Assembly (NCBI GenBank): GCA_965198115.1 | Contig: OZ240241.1 | Location: 3,968,001 to 4,032,000 of the forward strand | DNA length: 64,000 bases | Direction: 5' to 3' | From: Candidatus Latescibacterota bacterium | GTDB taxonomy: Bacteria > Latescibacterota > UBA2968 | Part shown: positions 1 to 10,678 of the stretch, piece after piece | Layout: each line of letters begins with the position of its first letter | Position numbering within the stretch: the first letter of the stretch is position 1 | Position numbers and translations under genes: made by a program | Notes under the pieces: model-generated | Database searches by the model: none | What the model was told of the DNA's origin: nothing | What the model saw: only the letters and a program-made list of their open reading frames with translations

Positions 1-626
1 GTATTGCTCGCGCGTGCGCCAAGCTTGCCTTCGATCGTACCGGTCGTCAGGCCCGGCCATCCACGCTCCAGGATGAACGCCGTCATACCCCGTACGCCGG
101 CCTCTGGATCGGTCTTGACCACCACCAGAAACCGGTCCGCGATATCCGCCAGCGTAATCCACATCTTTTCGCCGTTCAGCAGGTATTCATCACCCTCCCG
201 TACGGCGCGGCTCGTCATCGCACCCACGTCTGAACCTGCGCCAGGCTCAGTCAGCCCGAAGCACGCGATCTTTTCACCCGTCGCCACCGGCGGGATGAAC
301 CGCTCCTTCTGCGCGTCCGTGCCCCACTGGAAGACCGGCATCGCGTGTAAGGCCAGCGTGACCGCCAGCGTTTCCCGCACAGATGTGTCGGCCCACTCGA
401 GTGCCTCAGACACGATCCCCAGGGACGTGTAGTCCATACCCGCCCCGCCGAATCGCGCGGGCAGGCACACACCCAGAAAGCCCTGACCGGCCAGTTTGGG
501 CAGCAACTCATCAGGAAAGGTGTGGTTTCGATCGTGGTCTCGGATGATCGGCATGATCTCCTTACGAGCGAAGTCGTAGACCATGTCTTGAATCATCTTG
601 TGTTCTTCGGTCAGTTCGAAGTCCAT
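1..626 (-). CDS. Acyl-CoA dehydrogenase, N-terminal part (runs off window start)
   Basis: Manual minus-strand translation from ATG at 626: [26 protein letters not shown]...GGAGMDY...[12 protein letters not shown]...[11 protein letters not shown]. These are classic ACAD motifs. Not in the ORF track because it lacks a stop inside the window. Confidence 0.92.
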   Translation of the reverse strand, partial: MDFELTEEHKMIQDMVYDFARKEIMPIIRDHDRNHTFPDELLPKLAGQGFLGVCLPARFGGAGMDYTSLGIVSEALEWADTSVRETLAVTLALHAMPVFQWGTDAQKERFIPPVATGEKIACFGLTEPGAGSDVGAMTSRAVREGDEYLLNGEKMWITLADIADRFLVVVKTDPEAGVRGMTAFILERGWPGLTTGTIEGKLGARASN

Positions 627-926
627 CCTTGTTCTCCCCTACCGCTCCGAGAAAAGCCGTCTTTCCCTTTTACCTTTTTGCTTTCCACTTCTTACTTCCG
701 GCCGCTAGGCCGAATGATCGTGCTTGCCAGAATGCCGATCCGTACGCTTTCTGCAGGCAGAAGGGCGGCCAAAAGGATAACACGAAAGAATGCCACGCAC
801 CTTTGCTTTTTCCAATCCGTGCAGGGAGCTTGCGCATCCCGCGAGTAGACAGCCAGAAAGCAACGCCGGCGGACCCCCTCAGCAGGCAGCTGTGTCTGCG
901 TTCTCATTAACAATGGGAGTTAACCG

Positions 927-1463
927 ATGAGAAATCGATTGCTCAATCTGACGCTGGTCCTCTGCCTGGGTCCTCTGGCAATCGGATGCGGCGGATACAA
1001 CCTGGTTATCGATGAGGCCAAGGTACTTGAACTGGACGCCAATCGTATCGCGTATACCATCACTGTGAAGAACGAAGAACACAGTGGGGCCTACTGCGGA
1101 AACGAGCGGTTTTACGGATCAGCAGCGGTGAGCGTCCTCTTGGCCAACGAACCTACCCGTGACGCGTCCGTAGTCAAGGCGGCGGGTGGTGCGGGAACCT
1201 TCGGAACCGCGCTGCCAGGCGATCCCAATGCCGCATACGGTTTCCGAGTTCTCGAAGTGGGCGAGGCGAGCAGCATCTACTTTAGCAATGTGAACCCCGA
1301 GGGTGGTATCGACTTGAATTTGACTCCTTACCTGGTGATCACACTCAGATCGAGCACTGAACCCTCCTATTTTGCCACGCACAACACAGGTACATCGAAC
1401 TTCGGCTGCATCCGCTATGGAGAGATCCAGATCATCGATCTGCGTACTCTTTCCTTACCCTAA
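927..1463 (+). CDS. Hypothetical lipoprotein
   Basis: 178 aa ORF. Basic N-terminus, hydrophobic stretch and lipobox-like LAIGC. GGGAG RBS upstream. Confidence 0.65.
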   Translation: MRNRLLNLTLVLCLGPLAIGCGGYNLVIDEAKVLELDANRIAYTITVKNEEHSGAYCGNERFYGSAAVSVLLANEPTRDASVVKAAGGAGTFGTALPGDPNAAYGFRVLEVGEASSIYFSNVNPEGGIDLNLTPYLVITLRSSTEPSYFATHNTGTSNFGCIRYGEIQIIDLRTLSLP

Positions 1464-1612
1464 CGCCGAAGCTCGCGTGGGCCACCACCTAAACCGAAAT
1501 GGGCAAAGCCGGAATCTCCATCAGTCATCCGCGACTTCCGTTCAGTCCGAATCCTCCAGACTCACGCGGGAAGACACAAGCATGCAGGTGAACACACCAG
1601 AGGAGTTGTCTG

Positions 1613-2803
1613 ATGTCGGGGGCCCTTGAAGGTATCCGGGTTCTCGATATGTCCAGGCAGCTTGCCGGGCCCGGGTGTGCGATGATGTTGGGCGATCTGG
1701 GGGCAGACGTCATCAAGGTCGAACGTCCCGGTGTCGGAGACGAAACGCGATCTTGGGGTCCCCCCTTCGTCGAAGGCGAATCGGCCTACTACCTGTGCAC
1801 GAATCGAAACAAGCGCAGCCTCACGCTGAACCTGAAGGACGAACGAGGCGTGGCCATCGCGCGGCGTTTGGTGAAAGAGAGCGACGTGCTGATCGAGAAC
1901 TTTCGGATCGGCCGCCTGGGCGAGATGGGGCTGGGATACGAAGATCTGAAGGCAGGGAGCCCGCGACTGATCTACTGTTCCATCAGCGGCTTTGGCCACA
2001 CCGGTCCCGACCGGGATCTCCCCGGCTACGACTTTATGATCCAAGCCCGCGGTGGGTTTATGTCCATCACCGGCGAAGAAGACGGCCAACCCACAAAGGT
2101 GGGTGTGGCCATCGCCGACATTGCCGCCGGACTCTTTGCCAACTCCGCTGTCCTCGCCGCCCTCTACGCCCGGGAAAAGACGGGCAGAGGACAGCATCTC
2201 GACATGGCGCTGATGGACGCGCAGGTCGCCTTGCTGGCGAACGTCGGTAGCGGCGCGCTCTGCACGGGTGAACTGCCCAAGCGCTACGGGAACGCCCATC
2301 CCATGGTTGTTCCTTACCAGACGTTCGAGGCCTCGGACGGCCATCTCGCTCTGGCCATCGGCAACGACCGACAGTTCGCCAGCTTCTGCAAGGCCGCAGG
2401 CAGCCCGGACTGGCCCAGCGACGAACGTTTCGCCACAAACCCGAAACGGGTCGCGAATCGTGACGCGCTGATCGCTGAGATGTCCAGTCTGTTCATGGAA
2501 AGGACCGTCGCCGAATGGTTGTCTCTATGCGCCGAAAATGACGTACCGGCTGGACCCGTCAACACCGTCGACAAAGTGTTCGAAGATCCACAGGTCCAGG
2601 CTCGTGGAATGCTCGTCGAGGTGCCCCACCCGACCGTCGGAACGGCGCGACTCGCCGGATCGCCGATGAACCTTTCAGATACGCCGGTCGAGATACGACG
2701 GCCGCCGCCCCTGCTGGGTGAACATACGGACGAGATTTTGGTGGAGGAGCTGGGGTACTCTGATGGAGAAGTGGACGCACTTAGACGGGATGGAGTTGTG
2801 TAG
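1613..2803 (+). CDS. CoA-transferase family III (CaiB/BaiF)
   Basis: ALEGIRVLDMSRQLAGP, LGADVIKVERP, NRNKRSLTLNLK and PPLLGEHTDEIL motifs. AGGAG RBS. Confidence 0.95.
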   Translation: MSGALEGIRVLDMSRQLAGPGCAMMLGDLGADVIKVERPGVGDETRSWGPPFVEGESAYYLCTNRNKRSLTLNLKDERGVAIARRLVKESDVLIENFRIGRLGEMGLGYEDLKAGSPRLIYCSISGFGHTGPDRDLPGYDFMIQARGGFMSITGEEDGQPTKVGVAIADIAAGLFANSAVLAALYAREKTGRGQHLDMALMDAQVALLANVGSGALCTGELPKRYGNAHPMVVPYQTFEASDGHLALAIGNDRQFASFCKAAGSPDWPSDERFATNPKRVANRDALIAEMSSLFMERTVAEWLSLCAENDVPAGPVNTVDKVFEDPQVQARGMLVEVPHPTVGTARLAGSPMNLSDTPVEIRRPPPLLGEHTDEILVEELGYSDGEVDALRRDGVV

Positions 2804-2814
2804 GTGACGATCAA

Positions 2815-2926
2815 TGCGTCCCTGTGCTGTGCACAGGGACGAGCACAACGCGTTGTTTTTTAATTCATATAAGCGTCACGCTCGCCCTCGTCCCTTCGAC
2901 TCCGCTCAGGACTGCACGAGGGCGCT
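2815..2926. repeat. Dispersed intergenic hairpin repeat, family A (copy 1, with a nested 23-bp element)
   Basis: Shares TGCGTCCCTGT...GCACAA.CGC.TTGTTTTT...ATATAA.GCGTCACGCTCGCCCTCGT...GCACGAGGGCGCT with 38362-38446. The loop holds GTCCCTTCGACTCCGCTCAGGAC (2890-2912), whose exact reverse complement is at 18240-18262. Confidence 0.8.
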
Positions 2927-2957
2927 ATGACAGTCGCATACGGAAAGTGAACACCAG

Positions 2958-5297
2958 ATGAAACACACGATCAACCGGGTAACCATCATCGGTGCTGGGA
3001 CGATGGGGTCCCAGATCGCTGCACACTTTGCGAACGTCGGCATCGACTGTGACCTCCTGGACGTCGTGCCAGACAACGCCCAGGGAGATTCACGCAATGC
3101 CATTGCCCAAGGCGCCGTCGACCGGATGTGCGGGATGAGGGCGCGATCTCCGTTCTACGTGGCGGAGTCGGCCGACCGGATCCGTGTCGGGAATCTCGAG
3201 GATCACGCGGATCGGCTGGACGAGGCGGATTGGGTGATCGAGGCCATCACCGAAAAGCTGGACGCCAAACAGGCGCTCCATCTCCTGGTTGACGAGCATC
3301 GCAAGCCGGGTTCGATCGTCAGCACAAACACGTCCGGGATTCCCATCCACGCGATCGCTGATGGGCGATCCGACGAATTCAGAGCCTGCTTCCTCGGTAC
3401 GCACTTTTTCAACCCGCCTCGCTTCATGCATCTTCTCGAAGTCATTCCGACGTCCGATACCGACCCGGATACGCTGACATCCGTGAGCGAATTCTGCGAG
3501 CGCGTGCTCGGCAAGGGCGTTGTTCGATGCAAGGACACCGCCAACTTCATCGGAAACCGCATCGGCATCTTCGTCATCGCCGACGCCATCCGCGAAATGG
3601 TCGAAATGGGACTGACCATCGACGACGTCGACGCCATCACCGGACCCTCCCTCGGCCGGCCCAGGAGTGGAACCTTCCGGCTGGCCGACCTCGTCGGCAT
3701 CGACATTCTCGTCGATGTGGCGAACAACCTCCCGTCACAAGACGGTGCCCTGCCCGCATTCGTGTCCGAGTTGCTCGATCGAGGCCAGATGGGTGACAAG
3801 ACCGGGAGTGGTTTCTACGAAAAACGTAGAGGCGAAAACGGAAGCGAGATTTGGACGCTCGACTGGCACTCACTCGACTACGTTGCACGGACAAACGTCG
3901 AATTCGAATCGCTTGCGTCGGTCCGTCGAACGCGCGATGTCGCCGAACGCGTTCGAACCCTCGTGAATCACTCGGACGAAGGCGGCGTGTTCGCGTGGCG
4001 TCATCTCAGAAACGTGTTGTGCTACGCCGCATCCTGCATCCCCGAGATCTCCGACGATCTGCAAAGCGTCGACCGCGCGATGAAATGGGGCTTCAACTGG
4101 GAACTTGGGCCGTTCGAGCTGTGGGACGCCGTCGGCGTGCGTGACGCTGCTGAGAGAATGGAGTCGGATGGGTGTAAACCGCCCCCGCTCGTATCGGACC
4201 TCCTTGCATCGGGATCTGATTCGTTCTACTCCAGGGACGGGCACCGGGTCACGATCTTCGACCCATCATCCAAGCAGCCGACGGAGGATGTCCCCCCGTC
4301 CGATCGTGTGAACCTGAATCAACTGCGCGACGGTAGCACGATTCTGTCGAACGAAGGCGCCAGCCTGATCGACCTTGGCGACGGCGTGGCCTGCCTCGAA
4401 TTCCAAACGAAAATGAACATCATCGACGAAGCCGTCGAATCACTGCTCGCAGAATCGATCGACGAAGTCGAACGAAACTTCACCGGCCTCGTCATCGGCA
4501 ATCACGCGGAACACTTTTCCCTCGGCGCCAACCTCGTCTGGATGCTCGAAACGGCACAAGCCAAAGACTGGAAGACACTCGATGCCTTCCTGATCGACCT
4601 TCAGGACCCGTGTATGCGGGCACGCACCATCGCCAAGCCCGTGGTCGCCGCCCCGACAGGCATGGCCCTCGGCGGGGGTGCCGAAATCGTCCTCGGCGCG
4701 GGGGCGGCCTGCGCTGGTGCCGAGACCTACATCGGCCTGGTGGAAGTCAACGTCGGACTGATCCCGGCGGGTGGGGGAAGCAGAGAAATGGCATATCGCT
4801 GTCAGGAAGGGTCGGCGGGGAATCCTGACGCAGTGCTCGCCCGTCTCGAGCAATCATTCCGGGCCATCGTGACGTCTCGGGTATCCGACAATGCCCGCCA
4901 CGCGCAGGCGTTGGGCTATCTGCTCCCGACCGATCGCATCGCCGCCAATCCGAATCGCCATCTCCACGAAGCCAAGCAGATGGTCATCGACCTATCCGAT
5001 GGGTATCGAGCACCGGAACCTCGAGAAGTCTTCGTCCTCGGATCATCCGGTATCGACCGACTGAAGGAAGTGGCGAGAGAAATGCGTGAGGATGAGACGT
5101 TGACAGACTACGATGTCTTCATCGCGGACGAACTCGCCAACGTGGTCTGCGGGGGACGCCTATCCGGACCGGACACGGTCGATGAAGAGCACCTGCTCTC
5201 ACTGGAACGCGAATCCTTCCTGAAACTCTTCGCGAAAGAGAAAACGCACGAACGGATTTCCCACACACTGAAGACGGGCAAGCCGCTGAAGAACTGA
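2958..5297 (+). CDS. 3-hydroxyacyl-CoA dehydrogenase / enoyl-CoA hydratase fusion (FadN-like)
   Basis: IIGAGTMG NAD-binding motif, STNTSG, GTHFFNPP, FIGNRIG. C-terminal crotonase domain (GMALGGGAE, GLIPAGGG). Ends TGKPLKN. Confidence 0.95.
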   Translation: MKHTINRVTIIGAGTMGSQIAAHFANVGIDCDLLDVVPDNAQGDSRNAIAQGAVDRMCGMRARSPFYVAESADRIRVGNLEDHADRLDEADWVIEAITEKLDAKQALHLLVDEHRKPGSIVSTNTSGIPIHAIADGRSDEFRACFLGTHFFNPPRFMHLLEVIPTSDTDPDTLTSVSEFCERVLGKGVVRCKDTANFIGNRIGIFVIADAIREMVEMGLTIDDVDAITGPSLGRPRSGTFRLADLVGIDILVDVANNLPSQDGALPAFVSELLDRGQMGDKTGSGFYEKRRGENGSEIWTLDWHSLDYVARTNVEFESLASVRRTRDVAERVRTLVNHSDEGGVFAWRHLRNVLCYAASCIPEISDDLQSVDRAMKWGFNWELGPFELWDAVGVRDAAERMESDGCKPPPLVSDLLASGSDSFYSRDGHRVTIFDPSSKQPTEDVPPSDRVNLNQLRDGSTILSNEGASLIDLGDGVACLEFQTKMNIIDEAVESLLAESIDEVERNFTGLVIGNHAEHFSLGANLVWMLETAQAKDWKTLDAFLIDLQDPCMRARTIAKPVVAAPTGMALGGGAEIVLGAGAACAGAETYIGLVEVNVGLIPAGGGSREMAYRCQEGSAGNPDAVLARLEQSFRAIVTSRVSDNARHAQALGYLLPTDRIAANPNRHLHEAKQMVIDLSDGYRAPEPREVFVLGSSGIDRLKEVAREMREDETLTDYDVFIADELANVVCGGRLSGPDTVDEEHLLSLERESFLKLFAKEKTHERISHTLKTGKPLKN

Positions 5298-5326
5298 GGA
5301 TCGAAGAGAGATCAGGAATTCGGAGG

Positions 5327-5400
5327 TTGTCTCTCTTGGAGATGTCATCTATACTCTATATGTTCTCAAAATAAGAGCAACTGTTCTCAATGATAGATCA
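5327..5400 (+). promoter_or_regulatory. Sigma70-type promoter plus two tandem palindromic operators of the toxin-antitoxin operon
   Basis: TTGTCT (5327-5332), 17 bp, TATACT (5350-5355). Then TGTTCT-N7-AGAGCA (5361-5379) and TGTTCT-N7-AGATCA (5382-5400). Confidence 0.65.
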
Positions 5401-5401
5401 A

Positions 5402-5989
5402 ATGGACATCCTCACGGTCCTCACATCGTCGAAATCGAGGTCCACGATCCTCGGCCTCTTCTTTGATTCTCTGCCGGTCACCCTACACCTGCGAGAGGTG
5501 GAACGCCGCACGGGGATCTCCACTGGGACCCTGCACCGCGAATTGGACCGGCTTGTTTCACACGGGCTCTTGAAATCCGAACGGGACGGCAATCGCGTTC
5601 AGTACACTGCGAACAGGGATCACCCCCTCTTCGACACACTTCGCGAACTCGTTCTGAAGACCGTGGGGCTACCCGCCCATATCGCCCAAGCACTGGCTGG
5701 CCTCCCAATCGATGCTGCATTCATCTTCGGTTCTCTACCACGAAACGAAATGAGAGAGGACAGTGACATCGACCTCTTGGTGATCGGTGATACATCGCTG
5801 AAGGACATTGTCTCGCGCCTCCCTCCCGTCGTGAGCAGATCTGGGCGGGAAGTGAACCCCTATGTCCAGAATGAAGAAGAGTTCAAGCGGCGGGTCAGTG
5901 CGGGTGAACACTTCGTCCGATCTGTCCTGGAGAACGAAAAGCTGTTCGTGATTGGGGATGAACGTGTCCTTGAACGACTGGGTGCGTGA
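5402..5989 (+). CDS. wHTH + minimal nucleotidyltransferase (MNT-type antitoxin)
   Basis: N-terminal HTH (HLREVERRTGISTGTLHRELDRL). C-terminal FIFGS...DSDIDLLVIG nucleotidyltransferase motif. ORF track starts at 5390; ATG 5402 lies just past the operators. Confidence 0.88.
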   Translation: MDILTVLTSSKSRSTILGLFFDSLPVTLHLREVERRTGISTGTLHRELDRLVSHGLLKSERDGNRVQYTANRDHPLFDTLRELVLKTVGLPAHIAQALAGLPIDAAFIFGSLPRNEMREDSDIDLLVIGDTSLKDIVSRLPPVVSRSGREVNPYVQNEEEFKRRVSAGEHFVRSVLENEKLFVIGDERVLERLGA

Positions 5990-7783
5990 AGGCTACCTAA
6001 AGCCACACCGAACAAGTCCTCAGGAAGTCAGCAATCTCCTGGCGATCGTTGAACGGGACTTGCAGGATGCGACAGCTACAATCTCCACAGACTGGCAGTT
6101 TGGAATTGCTTACAACGCCGCACTCACGCTCAGCTCGATCGTGCTTCACGCTTCGGGTTACAGAGCTGTCGGACGAGGTCATCACTTCCGAACCATCCAG
6201 TCGCTCTCCCTCATATTGGGTACCGAGACCCGTGACCTTGTCACGAGTTCAGGTCAATAGGTGTGTAAAAGAAATCAGGCGGCCATCTTCCCGGCTTCGA
6301 CCTGCGGTCCGGTTGAGTGTTTCTGATCGTAGACTTGTTGTAGCAAGTGTGGCGCGGTGAGTTTCCTGAATCGGCTCTCTGCGACCTTGAGCGTACGCCA
6401 GATGAGAGTCGTGGCGTTCCTGACTTTCTTGAATCGCCTGGCGGCGTTTGTGCGAAGCCGAACGGAAGCAAAGGGGCTCTCGACGACGTTCGTGGTTCTC
6501 AGGTGTTTCCAGTGTTCCTTCGGGAAGTCGTAGAACGTGACCATCCGATCCCAGTCTCTTTCGAGCGTCTCCACGGCGGCAGGGAACTGTGAGCGATACC
6601 GTGCGGCAAAGCGTTTCCGGAGCTTCTCGGCCTCCTTTTTCGTGCCGGCATAGGGGATCTGGACGAGCAGTGCGCGGGCTTCAGCCTGTGCACGCTTGGC
6701 GACCTTGTCGAGCACGTTGAGGATCTTGTGGTTCCAGCACCGTTGTTGCCGGCTCTCTGGCCAGACCTGATCAACGGCCGCCCAGATGCCCATATTCCCG
6801 TCCGCGGCGATCAGGACAGGATGTTCGAGCCCGCGATCCCGGAGATCCCGGAGCACCGTGAGCCAGGATTCTGTAGACTCTCGATAACCGGGTTCTATCG
6901 CCAGGATCTCCTTGCTGCCGTCGCTCATCGCGCCGATCACGACCAGCAGACACGCCTTCTCGCGCTCGAGCCCGGCTTTGACGTAGATGCCATCAGCCCA
7001 GGCGTAGACCAGTTCGCGATTATCCAGACGCCTTTCTTTCCAGTCCTGGAAGTCGACCTCCCACTTCCCTCGAAGACGAGCGATCGAGGTCGGCGAAAGC
7101 GGCGCGCCATCACCGAGCAGCGCACGCAAAGACAACTCGAAGTCGCCCTGGGAGAGACCGTGGAGATAAAGGTCGGGAAGCAGATCTCCAATGGCCCTGG
7201 TTCTCCGGGCGAACAGGGGGAGGATGCGGCTTTCAAACCGCTCTTCCAGACCACGAACCCGGGGACGCCGGACCTTGATCGTTCCGCAGCTCGTCGAGAG
7301 ACGCCGGGGCTTGCCGTAGCCGTTCCTGTAGCCCGTGGAGCTATCGACCTCGGCTCGGCGCTCATACCACGACCGGCCCAAGAACGCGGTCGCCTCCTCC
7401 TCCAGATGGACTGGAACCGGCTCTGGATCTCTTCACGGATCCAATCGTCAACCGTCTCCCACGTCGGCATGGACTTCAATGGGGTTCTATGCGTATGTTC
7501 CTTCACGGCGATCCTCCTTCCCAACCGGGCCTCTCACCCGGTTTTGTGTGAATCAACTATCTCACGGGAAGGGTAGGGTCGCCCTTTCTCTTTTTCCACA
7601 CCTTTTGATTATAGCTCCCTTGTCACCTACCTGGACACTTGCCGTCGAAAGCGGAACACGGTGGAGTACGACACCATCGGTTCAACGACCGAGCAGGATG
7701 CTGTAGAGTTGAGAGAGACGGTCAATCAACTCTCGGAAACCGTCGTGGCCTGGTTGAGAAACCACCACCCGGAGCTATTGTAG
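5958..7783 (+). pseudogene. HEPN-domain toxin gene interrupted by IS256 copy 1
   Basis: 5' part 5958-6244 (..AYNAAL..GYR...HH..). Removing the IS and one target copy restores the frame: ..RDLVTYLDTCRRKRNTVEYDTIGSTTEQDAVELRE..NHHPELL, stop at 7781-7783. RNxxxY is a HEPN-like motif. Confidence 0.85.
6245..7617 (-). mobile_element. IS256-family element, copy 1 (transposase has a 1-bp deletion near 7405)
   Basis: Imperfect terminal IRs GAGTTCAGGTCAATAGGTGTG / GAGCTATAATCAAAAGGTGTG. 9-bp target duplication CCTTGTCAC (6236-6244, 7618-7626). Mutator-type transposase motifs (YRNGY, WADGIY, QRCWNH, LRTTNVVES). Confidence 0.97.
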
Positions 7784-7966
7784 CTGATTTCCACCTATTC
7801 GCCCATTCAACTTTCAGATCACGCCGCGTTTGCTATTTCCTGCTTTCAATTTCACCTTTCTGCCAGATGCCACCGACGGAAGAGTCTGCACTCTCATGTA
7901 TTTTGTGTGAGCCTGCCTCGAACGAACGTGAGAGGCGGTTCGTTTTTGCGTTATGAGGATTGAAAA

Positions 7967-8962
7967 ATGGCAAAAATCAAATGGGCACAGGTCGGCACCA
8001 AACACGGTCACGCGGGTGGCAAGATCACGGCCCTCGAGGGCAACCCCAACGTCGAAGTCGCGGGTGTGTTCGAACCAGATTCAGCCCAACGCCACGCCGT
8101 ATCGGGGGGGGATGGTGCATTCTCCAGCGCGAACTGGTTCGACAGTCTGGACGACATCCTGAACGACGATTCGATCGTCGCCGTCGCATCCGAGGGCGAC
8201 AACACGGAGAGTCTCGACCAGACTGAGGCCCTCGTCGACGCCGGGAAACACGTGTGGTACGACAAACCGGCCGGCAACGATTGGGAGCAGTGGCAGCGCG
8301 TCATCGCCGAAGCGGAGAAGAAACAGCTCCTAGTCCAGATGGGCTACATGCTCAGGTATCACGCAGGCTTCAGACAGATCGACGACTGGATCAGGTCCGG
8401 ATTCATGGGCGACGTCACATCCATCCGCGGCCACATGTCAACGAGCGTCGACCGCGAGCGGCGGGAAGAACAGGGCCAAAACTTCAAAGCCGGCATCTTT
8501 TACGATCTCGGCCCGCACATGATCGATCAGGTCGTCTGGATGATCGGACGTCCCGACAAGATCACCTCTTTCCTCCGGAACGACAGCGACGCAAAAAACG
8601 TCGTCGACAACACGCTTACCGTCTACGAAACGGACAGCGCGATCGCTTTCCTCGACATCTCCTCGTTCGAGGCCCGTCCCGCGGCACGGCGGTTCGAGGT
8701 CTATGGGACGAAAGCGAGCGCCATCATCCTCGAACCCTTCGAGCCCGGACCCAAGATCCGTCTGTGCATCGACGAGGCACGCGATGGTTACGTCGCCGGT
8801 GACCAGATCGTCGAAGTCGAAGGCCGATCCCGCCAGGCCCTCTACGAAATCGCGCTACAGGCCTTCCTCGCCACGATCTCCGGCGCACAGAAGCGCGATC
8901 GTCCACACACCCACGAACTACTCGTGCAGGAAACGCTGCTTCGCGCCACAGAGAACATCTAA
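7967..8962 (+). CDS. Gfo/Idh/MocA-family oxidoreductase
   Basis: AGKHVWYDKPA, QMGYMLRY and DLGPHMID motifs. Confidence 0.9.
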   Translation: MAKIKWAQVGTKHGHAGGKITALEGNPNVEVAGVFEPDSAQRHAVSGGDGAFSSANWFDSLDDILNDDSIVAVASEGDNTESLDQTEALVDAGKHVWYDKPAGNDWEQWQRVIAEAEKKQLLVQMGYMLRYHAGFRQIDDWIRSGFMGDVTSIRGHMSTSVDRERREEQGQNFKAGIFYDLGPHMIDQVVWMIGRPDKITSFLRNDSDAKNVVDNTLTVYETDSAIAFLDISSFEARPAARRFEVYGTKASAIILEPFEPGPKIRLCIDEARDGYVAGDQIVEVEGRSRQALYEIALQAFLATISGAQKRDRPHTHELLVQETLLRATENI

Positions 8963-9228
8963 ACCACGAAGACACGGAGACACCAAGAAGGACGGGGAAC
9001 ACGAAGGCGCAAAGTTTGAGCGGGAGACGGGGAGGCTGTGGAGCAGGCGTGGCGTCTGCTTTCTCAGTGTCTTTTCCTCGAGTGATTTCTCAGAGATCTC
9101 AGTGGCGCGTCCCGACGTTTTTCGTGTGTTTCGTGTATGGAGCCTGCCTCGAGCGGAGGCGAGAGGTGGTTCGTTTTGGTTTCCTTCCGTTTGGTCCGTG
9201 GTCCCCGTCTTGAAATTAAGGACATCAC

Positions 9229-10526
9229 ATGCTCAAACTCGCCATCATTGGTGCGGGGTCGAAGTTCAGTTTCGGAATCGCCGCTGACCTCACTCGCGAA
9301 CCGACGTTTTGCGGACAGTACGCTCGCGCTGGTCGATCCCGACGACAGGGCGCTCGACACTTCCACGCGTATCGTCAAGCGCATGATCGAGGCCTCCGGC
9401 GCCTCACTCACCGTCGAATCGTCATCCAACCGGCGCGACATGCTCGCCGATTGCGACTACGTCCTCAACTCCATCGCCGTGGGCGAACCCTTCGCCAGGG
9501 AGCGCGACGTCGAGATCGGCGAGCGCTATGGCATCTTCCAGCCCACATCCCAAACCGTCGGACCCGCAGGCTACTGCCGTGGGCTTCGCGTTCTGCCCCA
9601 CGCCGTCGACATCGCTCGCGGCACGGCCGAACTCGCACCCAACGCCACCATCATCGACCTCGCAAATCCACTGGCCGCCGTCTGTCGCGGGATGATTCGC
9701 GAAAGCGGTCTTCCCGTCGTCGGCCTCTGCGAACAATGGGCGTTCACCAAGCGATTCTTCTCTCGCGTCCTCGACACCGATCCCGATACCCTCGACATGT
9801 TCTCGGTCGGCACGAATCATCTCACATGGGCCCTCGGTCTCGAGCACGAGGGGCGCGATGTCTTGCCGGAATTGATCGATGCTTTGTATCAGCCCCGGAA
9901 CAAAGCGATCCTCGATGAGGTCCCCGTTTCCGACAGGGTCTATCGCGCCTTCGGCGTCTGGCCGACTGGCACGGAAGATCACATCGCCGAATTCTTCAAC
10001 GACTTCCTCACGCCTGAGACCAACGGCGGCGCCGACTTCGGAATGAAGATTCGACACACCTCCGAAGCGCAATGGGAGGACCGTTGGAAAGAACGCGAAG
10101 CCCTCGCGTCGGGCGAATCACCGATCGAGGAATTGCTCGGCCCGTCGGGTGAGAACGCCGTCGACATCATCGCCATGCTCGAAGGCTGTCATCCCCCCGG
10201 GTTCGAGATGGTCAACATCCCGAACAACGGCCTCATCGACAACCTGCCCGACCACGCCATCGTCGAGCTCCCCGCGCATCGGCCCACTCGGCGTCCGCGG
10301 CCTGAAAGTCGGCCCATTGCCCGACGCCGTTCGCGAGATTCTCTCGACTCGCATTACCCAACAGGAACTCCACATCGACGCCGCGATCTCCGGTCATCGA
10401 GACATCGCCGTCCGTGGGCTCTATTTCGACGCCCAGATTCCCACCGTCGAGATCGGCGCAAAGATCCTGGATGAGTCCCTCGCCGCCAACCCTGAGTTCT
10501 ACCCGAAATTCACCGAGAAATCTTGA
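9229..10526 (+). CDS. Glycoside hydrolase family 4 (NAD-dependent, alpha-galactosidase-like), two frameshifts (about 9310 and 10277)
   Basis: MLKLAIIGAGS start (9229 ORF). QTVGPAG, ANP, GLCE, GTNHLTW and NIPNNGLIDNLP in the 9137 ORF. GPLP..TQQEL C-terminus in the 10149 ORF. Confidence 0.85.
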
Positions 10527-10678
10527 TGGGGCCGCGCCCTCATTGCAGTTCCGTAACGCACACAAACAACCCCGACCGTGGCGTCCGGTTCCCGGCCTCG
10601 GACTACGGCCAACGATCCTCCAATCTTATTGACCAGCTCCGAGCTGCTGACCCACACCCATCGCCATAGAGACCTACC

